Assembly: GCA_963819655.1 (NCBI GenBank)
Contig: CAWFXA010000002.1
Span: 576,001 to 640,000 of the forward strand
From: an uncultured Chloroflexia bacterium
GTDB lineage: Bacteria; Chloroflexota; Limnocylindria; Limnocylindrales; CSP1-4
Reading direction: 5' to 3'
Length of the DNA stretch: 64,000 nt
Shown in pieces: positions 21,556 through 29,242 of the stretch. Both the position numbers and the translations under genes were made by a program. The notes beneath the pieces were generated by a model. That model had not been told where the DNA came from, searched no databases, and saw only the letters and a list, made by a program, of their open reading frames with translations. Position 1 is the stretch's first letter; each line of letters begins with the position of its first letter.

Positions 21556-22793
21556 GCCGTCCTCGAGGGACCGCCGGACGATCTGCGCAGTGCCAGCCAC
21601 AAGGCAACGATGGTGCAGGCGGTCAGGACGATCGAGCCGACGATCGACACCGGCCCGCTGTGGGGCAACGTCCGTTGGATCAACGCCGTCGCCGGGGCGG
21701 CGCTGGCCAGGTTCAGCGTCAGCACTACGCCAAGGACCAGCCACAGGACGTATGCCCGCCGGTCGTACAGCACCAGCACCAGGAGGATGACCGCGGCGTA
21801 CGCGTAACGCTCGTGCATCTGCGTCATGAACGTGAAGAACGTCAGCACCGACGCGGCGAGCCCCAGGATGAGCCGCTCCGGGCGTGGGTCGCGGATGATC
21901 GCGAGGCCGATGGCCAGCGAGAAGAACGCGGTCACGGCGTAGCCGATGTGGCGCAGCGTGAATGGCCCCAGGAACGCCACGTCGTCACGGATGAAGTCAC
22001 CGCCGGCCGCCGCCTCCTGGAGCAGCCACCACGGGTTCCACGCCCGCAATGACAGGATCCCGAAGGCGCCGCTCGAGTAGTACTGGACGTTGTCCAGGTA
22101 CGCGATGGGGCCCCCGTCCGCGAGGAACGGGATCCACAGCACGGCGATCACGCCGAGGCCGATGACCGCCGCCCGGGCGACCTCGCGGATCCCGCCGGTC
22201 GCCCAGAACCACGCCGCGAACGGGACGAGGAACGGGATCGCCTGGGGCTTGGTCATGAGCGACACGGCCAGCAGAGCCGCCGCCAGCCCGTTCCGACCGT
22301 TGAGCGCCGCCACCAGCGCCCCGAGCCCGCTCAGCACGAAGATCGAGTCGTACTGGCCCCACCACGCGCTGACGTAGAACACGACCGGATGGAGCATGAC
22401 CGCCGCGAAACCGATGGCCGCCCAGCGCGGTCGGTCCCGGAGTGCGTAGGCAACCAGGGCCGCGATCCCAAAGTCGGCAAGGGTCGCGGGAAGCTTCATG
22501 AGCACACGGATGGCGGGGTCGGAGGAGTCCGTGACCGTGGCGAACGCCGACTGGATGGCCGCGAGCGCGGCCCATACATAGGCCATGACCGGTCCGAAGC
22601 TCACCCGCCCGGCGGCGATGTCCCCGTACAGCGAGCCGAGGCCGTGCGTTGCGATGTGGTGGACCCATCCGACGAACTGGTCGAGGTCGCCCTCGAGCCC
22701 CGGCATCGGCAGCAGCCACAGACGGATGAGGATCCCGGCGGCGAGCGCCACCAGGACGATCAGGCGGTCGGCGCGGCGCCAGCCGGCCGCCAT
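21552..22793 (-). CDS. PIG-M/Gpi18-like GT-C mannosyltransferase
   Basis: DLDQFVGW, KLPATLAD, SAWWGQYDS, TKPQA, MHERYAY. Confidence 0.8.
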   Translation of the reverse strand: MAAGWRRADRLIVLVALAAGILIRLWLLPMPGLEGDLDQFVGWVHHIATHGLGSLYGDIAAGRVSFGPVMAYVWAALAAIQSAFATVTDSSDPAIRVLMKLPATLADFGIAALVAYALRDRPRWAAIGFAAVMLHPVVFYVSAWWGQYDSIFVLSGLGALVAALNGRNGLAAALLAVSLMTKPQAIPFLVPFAAWFWATGGIREVARAAVIGLGVIAVLWIPFLADGGPIAYLDNVQYYSSGAFGILSLRAWNPWWLLQEAAAGGDFIRDDVAFLGPFTLRHIGYAVTAFFSLAIGLAIIRDPRPERLILGLAASVLTFFTFMTQMHERYAYAAVILLVLVLYDRRAYVLWLVLGVVLTLNLASAAPATALIQRTLPHSGPVSIVGSIVLTACTIVALWLALRRSSGGPSRTA

Positions 22794-22797
22794 CGAC

Positions 22798-23862
22798 TCA
22801 GACGCGGCTCGTCCGCCAGTAGCGCTCGGCCGGTCCGGCAACGTCGCCGACGACCCCGAGTGCCGCACCATACGAACGGACCGCGTCGGCCATCGCGCGG
22901 GTGCCGTCGAACAGCCGCTCGATCTGGCTCTCGTAGATGTTGATGCCGGTGATCTTGCGCTCGATCTGGTCGCCGATGTCCGCGAAGGCCGGGAACAGGC
23001 TCACACCGGCCGGCATGGCCGTGAGCGCATCAGTTCCGAGCTGGTCGAGCCCCCGGAAGTCGTCCCACATCGCGTAGGGGAAGTCCTCGTAGAACACGAC
23101 CGTGCCGGCGTACTCCGGCCCCGGCATCACCCAGCGGTCCGAGGAGCGCAGCAGGGCAACGCCCGCCTCGCGGCACAGTCGATGGTCGACGTGGCCACCG
23201 ACCCCGAGCGGCAGGTAGACCTGCTGCGGCTCGAGCCGGTCGATCTCGCGCTGCAGGACATCGAACGGGTGCGTGTCGTCGTCGCGCGGCGCCCCGAGAA
23301 GCTGCTCGTCGCCCGCGTACCCTCGGAAGACCGCCTCGGGCAGGTCGAGGAAGACGATCGACGCCTCGGCGAAATAGGCGTACCGCTCGTCCTCCAAACG
23401 TCGTCTCGCCATGAGGTCGCCGGCCGCCGCGGCCTCGACGACCTCGTCGGTCAGGACGGCGCCCTGGGTGGGCATGTCATCGATGACCGGCTGGCCGGCG
23501 AGCGACTCGTTGCGGATGCTTGCCCGTCGATACCAGGACGACCGCTGCCAGAACCGCTTGGCGGCCTGGTCTGCGTCGACCTGGGTCGCTTCGAGCGCCC
23601 CGTCGTCTGCCACCCATGCCGGCGCGATCGGATAGTCGGGCAGGATCGCGCTGCGGTTGAATGCTTCGGTCGAGGGCCACATCGTCTTCGACCCAAAGCC
23701 GAGTGCCTCGCGTTGGTAGGGCGCGAGCCCGTCGTTCGCTCCATCGCCCGAGAAGACCGTGATGATCGTCACGGTCTGACCCACCTCCCGGAGGCTGGCG
23801 ATCAGGCCGCCGCACGAGAGCGCAACGTCGTCCGAATGGGGCGCGACGAACACATGGGTCAT
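22798..23862 (-). CDS. PIG-L/LmbE family N-acetyl deacetylase
   Basis: APHSDDVALSCGG, RRLED, GGHVDH, FYEDFPY, YESQ, ERYW. Confidence 0.88.
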   Translation of the reverse strand: MTHVFVAPHSDDVALSCGGLIASLREVGQTVTIITVFSGDGANDGLAPYQREALGFGSKTMWPSTEAFNRSAILPDYPIAPAWVADDGALEATQVDADQAAKRFWQRSSWYRRASIRNESLAGQPVIDDMPTQGAVLTDEVVEAAAAGDLMARRRLEDERYAYFAEASIVFLDLPEAVFRGYAGDEQLLGAPRDDDTHPFDVLQREIDRLEPQQVYLPLGVGGHVDHRLCREAGVALLRSSDRWVMPGPEYAGTVVFYEDFPYAMWDDFRGLDQLGTDALTAMPAGVSLFPAFADIGDQIERKITGINIYESQIERLFDGTRAMADAVRSYGAALGVVGDVAGPAERYWRTSRV

Positions 23863-23898
23863 GGCCGGCCGAGTATACCGAGGGGGAACGGCCCCGGA

Positions 23899-24585
23899 TC
23901 AGAACCAGCGGCGCCTGTTGTCGGACGGGGAGCGACGCTCGTCGTTCGGGAAGCCGCCCGGTCCGATGAGCGGCACGAAGACCACGGCGCCATGGGGCGT
24001 GTCGCGCCAGTCGTCGCCGTGGCGGACGACCAGCGTCAGGATCTGGTGATCGCGTGGCCCGACCGGGATCACCAGCCGCCCGCCGTCGGCGAGCTGGTCG
24101 CGGAGCTCGGTCGGGATCGACGGTGCCGCCGCCGTCACGATGATCCCGTCCCACGGCGCGCCGCCGGGGTCTCCGAGGCTGCCGTCGGTCGTCCGGATCA
24201 TGACCGTGCCCGGCAGATCGAGCGCCGCGATCCGCTCGCGGGCCTTGTCGGCGAGCACGGCGTGCCGCTCGAGGCTCGTTACGTCCGCACCCAGCGCTGC
24301 GAGGATCGCGGCCTGGTACCCGGACCCCGTGCCGAGCTCCAGGATCCGCTCGCCCGGTTGCGGCGCGAGCAGCTCCGTCATCCGTGCCACGACCCACGGC
24401 TGGCTGATGGTCTGGCCGGCGTCGATGGGGACGGCTTCGTCAGCGTAGGCGCGATTCTGCCGGTCGCTGCCGAGGAAGTGGTCCCGCGGAACATCGGTCA
24501 TCGCGCTCAGCACGCGCTCATCGCGGATGCCCCGGGCGCGTAGCTGGTCCTGGACCATGCGCCGCCGATCATCGTCAGCGCCCAT
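23899..24585 (-). CDS. pcm: Protein-L-isoaspartate(D-aspartate) O-methyltransferase
   Basis: GQTISQP, LELGTGSGYQAA, DGSLG, IIVTAAAP, GGRLVIPVG, FVPL. Confidence 0.95.
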   Translation of the reverse strand: MGADDDRRRMVQDQLRARGIRDERVLSAMTDVPRDHFLGSDRQNRAYADEAVPIDAGQTISQPWVVARMTELLAPQPGERILELGTGSGYQAAILAALGADVTSLERHAVLADKARERIAALDLPGTVMIRTTDGSLGDPGGAPWDGIIVTAAAPSIPTELRDQLADGGRLVIPVGPRDHQILTLVVRHGDDWRDTPHGAVVFVPLIGPGGFPNDERRSPSDNRRRWF

Positions 24586-24624
24586 CCACAGAGAGTAGAC
24601 CCCGACAGGGGACAGGGGATGCGG

Positions 24625-25257
24625 TTAGGACGCGCTCGGTGAGGCGCTAGCCGCCGGCGTGGCGCTCGGGGCGACCGATGGAGCCGCGCTCGGGCTTGCC
24701 GAACCGCTTGGGCTCGCCGATCCGCTTGGGCTCGCCGATCCGCTTGGGCTCGCCGAACCGCTCGGGCTCGCGCTCGCACTCTCGCTGGGGCTCGCCGACG
24801 GGGTCGGGGTCGGCAGCGGACGCAGGAGGCCGCCACTCCCCAGCAGGATGCCGTTCAGCAGGATGAGGACGAAGACTGCGACCGTCCCGATGACGAACCA
24901 CTTCGAAACGTCGTCCTTGACATGGACCGCGATCTCGGATGGCGAAGGCGCCCGAGTCGCCGGGGTGGTGGTGCCGCTTCGGCGCTTGGCCGCCGACGTC
25001 CGCCGCTCGGCCGCGGCAGGGACGGCCGCGTCACCGCCGATCTCGCGGACCGCGGCATCGTAGTCGTCGATGTCCGCCTCATCGGCCTCGATCGCTTCGG
25101 TCTCCGCCTCGTCGAGGAGCTCTGCCTCGATCGCGTCGGCGTCGACGTCGTCCGGCCGCTCGCCACCGTCGTCATCGAGCTCGTCATCGATGTCTTCAGG
25201 GTCGTCGTCGATCGGCTCGAGCGGTTCCTCGGGCGCGCCGTCACGGGGTTCGGTCAC
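24625..25257 (-). CDS. Hypothetical single-pass membrane protein with acidic N-terminus and Ser/Pro/Ala tail
   Basis: D/E-rich first 70 aa, one TM helix, (SASPSG)n tail; AGGAG upstream of GTG. Confidence 0.7.
   Translation of the reverse strand: MTEPRDGAPEEPLEPIDDDPEDIDDELDDDGGERPDDVDADAIEAELLDEAETEAIEADEADIDDYDAAVREIGGDAAVPAAAERRTSAAKRRSGTTTPATRAPSPSEIAVHVKDDVSKWFVIGTVAVFVLILLNGILLGSGGLLRPLPTPTPSASPSESASASPSGSASPSGSASPSGSASPSGSASPSAAPSVAPSATPAASASPSAS
24690..24800 (-). repeat. 18-bp tandem coding repeat (SASPSG, about 5 copies)
   Basis: gggctcgccgatccgctt-type units repeated. Confidence 0.85.
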
Positions 25258-25338
25258 GGGTGTGTCACAGCTCCTGGCGCTCGACGCGGGCCGTCAGATC
25301 TGGCGCCGCGGACGGGCAGCAGGATACCCGATAGCCGA

Positions 25339-27381
25339 TCAGGCCTCGCGGACCGCCGGCACGAACCAGCCCGCCAGCCCCGCCACCGCGGTGACGATGC
25401 CGAACGCCGCGATGACCGTCGTGACACCGATGACCTCGGCGAGCACGCCACCCAGCCCGATCGCCAGCGTCATCGCCCCGAAGACCAGGGAGAAGCGGAA
25501 GCCGATCACGCGACCGATGAGGTTGGGCGGCGTCCGCTCCTGGAACAGGGTCTGGCTCGGGATGATGAAGACCATGTTCGCGATGCCGATGCCGAAGGCG
25601 ATCGCCAGGACGACGCCGAGGTTGTCGGACAACGCCATGAGTGTCGTGAGCAGCCCGAGCACGGTGTAGCCGGCGATGATCATCCGGCCCTTCGCCAGCC
25701 GCGCGCCGATCAGACCGATCACGAACCCGCCGATCAGGTTGCCGGCACCCTGACTGCCCTCGATGAAGCCGTAGACAGCCTGCCACTCGAACCCCTGGCT
25801 GCCGAAGACGCGCTCAGCGAAGACCGCCGTCTGGCCGATGAGCACCCCGATCGTCAGCTGCGCGACGACCGCCTGTAGCGTGTTCGCCAGCAGGACCGGT
25901 TCGTTGCGCAGGAAACGCCAGCCCGCCACGAGCTCGCTGCGGAACCCGGTCGATGCCGGTTCGCCGTTCGCATCCTCGGTCGCCGGGCGCGGCATCGGCC
26001 GCGGGATCAGCGTGCTCAGCAACAGCGCCGAGGCGAGGTAGGTCGCCCCATCGAACCAGAACGCGACCGACACGGCGTTGGCGACCAGTGCGACGAACAG
26101 GCCGGCCAGCGGGAACCCGATGACGTCGGCGATGGTCTCGCCGACCCACAGCGCGGAGTTCGCCGTCAGGAGCTCATCCTCGCGGACGAGTCGCGTCAGG
26201 ATCGCGACCCGCGCCGGCCGGAAGAAGATCGAGATCGTGGTCAGCAGGAACACCAGCGGGTAGACGAGGAAGATGTTGGTCGACGCCGCGATCGGCATGA
26301 TCAGGACGACCGCCGCACGGAGGATGTCGCTGACGACCAGCACTTCACGGTGGTCCCAGCGATCGACCAGCGTGCCGGCGAGCGGGCCGAAGAAGAGGTT
26401 CGGCAGGGTCGCGGCGACGAACACGAGCGCGACCGCGATCGGCGAGTCTGTGACAACGAAGACGATCGCCGCGATGGCGACCTGGTGGACACGATCGCCG
26501 AACAGGGAGATGAGCTGGCCCGACCACAACGCGGTGAACGATCCATTCAGCGCGAGGCGGACGTACGGATGCCGTCGGAGCCGTGCCACGACCTCCGGGG
26601 AGAGGCGTGGGATCGGCAGCGTCGGCGCCGTGGATAACCCGGGCGCGCCACCCGTGCCCGGTCCACCGCCACCGACGGTCGAGGTCCCCGGCGCGGCCAG
26701 TTGTTGTCGCCCGGTGCCGAGGACGGTCGGTCGATCGAGCGCCGCGGATCGCTCGAGACCGGGCGTCAGGCCCGTGATGCCTCGCTCGCCCGCCAGTCGC
26801 CGCCGGAGCTCGGCGTCCTCCGACTCCTCGGTCGGTGTCGGGACGCGCACGACACCGGCAAACAGGAAGAACGCGAGCCCGAGCGTCAGGAACACGTCGC
26901 CGAGCGAGTACACGTTGCGGATGACAGCGACCGGCACGGGTATGACGTCGCCGAGGATCAGCAGACGTCCGAGGAAGTCGGGCGAGGCGGCATCGACGAC
27001 CGTGTGGAATGCCCGGTCGACGTCGGCCTCGGTCAGACCGGCCGCGACAAGGGCCGGCTGCCAGATCGGCATGAAGCCGTTGTTCGCGACGATGACCAGC
27101 GTGTTCGTCAGGACGCCGAGGAATGCCAGGCTGAGGCCCGGGTACGAGCGATTGACCCAGAGCGCCACGAGGAGCACGACGAACGCCGCGGTGAGCAGCG
27201 GCAGCCGGAATGCCTCGACGATGCCGATGTGCGCGCCGAGCGCCCACTCGGTGGCGTAGCGCACGACGACGGCGGCGACGAGCAGCCACGTCCAGCGCAG
27301 CTGGATCTCGGCGAGGTTCCGGAGCCGCCCTCCGGCGAGGAGACCGAGGACTAGCCCGAGCAGGATCCCGCCGATCAGCAT
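25339..27381 (-). CDS. DUF5317 domain (aa 1-178) fused to an MFS transporter
   Basis: N-terminal GGRLRNL, NTLVIVANNGFMP, LGDVI, VYSLGD; Gly/Pro linker; MFS motifs LWSGQLISLFGD, GTLVDRWDHREVLVVSD. Confidence 0.82.
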   Translation of the reverse strand: MLIGGILLGLVLGLLAGGRLRNLAEIQLRWTWLLVAAVVVRYATEWALGAHIGIVEAFRLPLLTAAFVVLLVALWVNRSYPGLSLAFLGVLTNTLVIVANNGFMPIWQPALVAAGLTEADVDRAFHTVVDAASPDFLGRLLILGDVIPVPVAVIRNVYSLGDVFLTLGLAFFLFAGVVRVPTPTEESEDAELRRRLAGERGITGLTPGLERSAALDRPTVLGTGRQQLAAPGTSTVGGGGPGTGGAPGLSTAPTLPIPRLSPEVVARLRRHPYVRLALNGSFTALWSGQLISLFGDRVHQVAIAAIVFVVTDSPIAVALVFVAATLPNLFFGPLAGTLVDRWDHREVLVVSDILRAAVVLIMPIAASTNIFLVYPLVFLLTTISIFFRPARVAILTRLVREDELLTANSALWVGETIADVIGFPLAGLFVALVANAVSVAFWFDGATYLASALLLSTLIPRPMPRPATEDANGEPASTGFRSELVAGWRFLRNEPVLLANTLQAVVAQLTIGVLIGQTAVFAERVFGSQGFEWQAVYGFIEGSQGAGNLIGGFVIGLIGARLAKGRMIIAGYTVLGLLTTLMALSDNLGVVLAIAFGIGIANMVFIIPSQTLFQERTPPNLIGRVIGFRFSLVFGAMTLAIGLGGVLAEVIGVTTVIAAFGIVTAVAGLAGWFVPAVREA

Positions 27382-27414
27382 CGCGTCATGATGCTGGAGC
27401 GGGCTTCGGCTTCG

Positions 27415-28816
27415 TCAGGCCTGCTCGGGTGCCTGGGAGGGGACCGGCAGCGAGCCGGTGGCGGGCGGCTCGGCGAGCCGCGTGGCGGCCGCCTGACCGA
27501 GAAGGGGGATCGGTCGCGGCTGGACGGTGCGCCCCGGATCCGCCACGCCTTCGACGTGGTGGGTCTTGACGAACGCATCGACCACGACCGGATCGAACTG
27601 GATGCCCGCGAACTTGCGCAGCTCGGCGAGTGCCTGCTCGGCGCTCAGCGGCGTCATGCGATACGGCCGGGCGGCGGTCATCGCCTCGAATGCGTCGGCG
27701 ACGTGCAGGACGCGGGCGAGCTTCGGGATCTCGTCGCCCATGAGGCGGTCGGGGTAGCCGGAGCCGTTGTACCACTCGTGGTGGTGGCGGATGATCGGCA
27801 GCTCGGGAGCGAGCTTGGTGACCGGCGCGATGATCTGCGCGCCCAGCACCGGGTGCGCATTCATGATCATCCGCTCGTCCTTGTTCAGCCGCTCCTGCTT
27901 CAGCAGCACCCGGTCGGGGACGCCGATCTTGCCAACGTCGTGGAGCAGGCCGCCCCACTCGAGCGCTTCCAGCTCGCCATCGTTGACATGCATCACGCGC
28001 CCGATGTCGACCGCGATCTCCTTGACCCGGTGGCTGTGCTTCGCCGTGAACGGGTCGCGTTTGTCCACTGCCTCGGCCAACGCGCCGATCGTCTGGGTGA
28101 ACATCTCGCGCATCTCGATGAAGCGCGCATACGCAAGCCGGGTTGAGTACAGGGGAACCGCGAATAGAGCGGTCGCCCACCATTGGACTGCGTAGACCAC
28201 AGTCATTAGCCAGGACAGTGGCGCCAGGGCGACAACGCCCCCGAGAATCCCGCGAATGTCACCAAGGAGCACGTCTCGAGGCGACTGTCCCGTTCGGAGA
28301 CCAAGTGCGATCGAGACGAGCACCAGATTGAGCGCGATAAAGAGCAGCGCGGCGGCCATGCCAGACGCGAAGTCCCAGGCAAGCCGCCCCCAAGGGTCAG
28401 CAGGACCTCACGCAGGGTCCCGGCGAGGATCGCAGGTACGACCAAAGCTGCGTGATTGGCAAGCGTCCCGTACCAAGGAATGCGACCTCGGATCTCGCGA
28501 AGTTCGGTTGTACCAATGGCGGCAACCCACCCAGCGACGGCGGGCCCGCCAAGGAATAGCGAACCCATGATTGGAGCAATCGCAACGGCCTGTTGCGTTC
28601 CACGAGGCAGCTGTACGGGGAAGGCAGACCCAATAGGGTAACGACAATCCAGTGACAAGACGCCAAGCGCGAATTCGGGAGCGGTTGGAGCGCCACTTGA
28701 GCCCGGAGCGCAATCGCGATCGCGGGCTTGGCGGGAAACAGAAATGTCGCGGCCACCAGCGCGAACGCACCGATGACCACGACGGTCGCGACGTAGAGCT
28801 TGAGGGACTTCGGCAT
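27415..28816 (-). CDS. Membrane-anchored HD-GYP cyclic dinucleotide phosphodiesterase (sensor part frameshifted; start approximate)
   Basis: DKRDPFTAKHSHRV, LLHDVGKIG, HHHEWYNGSGYP, VADAFEAMTAARPYR, GIQFDP; N-terminal TM sensor pieced from three frames. Confidence 0.88.
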
Positions 28817-28884
28817 CGTTCCTGGATCGGCCACCGACCTCACTCTACGGCCAACGCCGCGAGCAGGGTAATGGGCCATCCGTA

Positions 28885-28974
28885 CTAGAAGCCCCTAAGA
28901 GAAGCCCCTCCGGCAAGCGCAATCATCGCCACGCTCGTGAGCGTGACGATGATCCGCATCAAACGGACCTTCAC
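28885..28974 (-). CDS. 29-aa signal-peptide-like putative precursor MKVRLMRIIVTLTSVAMIALAGGASLRGF
   Basis: Read by hand: AAGGA 7 nt before GTG 28974, TAG at 28885-28887; basic N-terminus, hydrophobic core, LAGG, short polar tail. Confidence 0.75.
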   Translation of the reverse strand: MKVRLMRIIVTLTSVAMIALAGGASLRGF

Positions 28975-28984
28975 TGGAGGGTCC

Positions 28985-29014
28985 TTACCAGGCCTTCGCG
29001 GACTCGGGAGCCAC
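28985..29014 (-). CDS. Putative 9-aa upstream ORF MAPESAKAW
   Basis: AAGGAGG 7 nt before GTG 29014; its TAA overlaps the RBS (TAAGGA) of the 29-aa ORF. Confidence 0.35.
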   Translation of the reverse strand: MAPESAKAW

Positions 29015-29048
29015 GGACGTTCCTCCTTCGCGGCCTCCGTGCTCTGAG

Positions 29049-29085
29049 GAACACGAAAACCGACCTGACTACCAGTCGGTCGGTT
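29049..29085 (-). terminator. Intrinsic terminator forming the riboswitch expression platform
   Basis: Minus strand AACCGACC-GACtggtaGTCa-GGTCGGTT followed by TTCGTGTT; 5' arm is the aptamer 3' end. Confidence 0.55.
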
Positions 29086-29156
29086 GCACTAGTCGCTCCG
29101 CCGCACCCTAAGTGCCCATTTCAGGTGCGGCATCGCTGCGTCCGGTATTGACGATT
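29070..29156 (-). ncRNA. c-di-GMP-II riboswitch
   Basis: Minus strand CGGACGCAGCGATG-CCGCACCT-GAAA-TGGGCACTT-AGGGTGCGG-CGGAG-CGACT-AGTGCAACCGACC; carries the class II hallmarks TGGGCACTT and AGTGCAACCG (GCAC/GTGC pseudoknot); sits upstream of an HD-GYP gene. Confidence 0.82.
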
Positions 29157-29161
29157 ACTTC

Positions 29162-29179
29162 CTAGTACTGGGGTACTAG
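29162..29179. promoter_or_regulatory. Perfect inverted repeat CTAGTAC-N4-GTACTAG, candidate operator
   Basis: AT-rich palindrome immediately 5' of the riboswitch. Confidence 0.4.
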
Positions 29180-29242
29180 TAAGTTGGCCGGACTTTAGGT
29201 ATCCGCAAGTAGACCGGTCAATACGGCACCTTACCTATCTGT

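Noticed and set aside
23899-28974. RiPP cluster (peptide plus Pcm-type methyltransferase)
   Set aside because: No cyclase, ATP-grasp, LanM or radical SAM gene; Pcm looks housekeeping and the 29-aa peptide has no Asp
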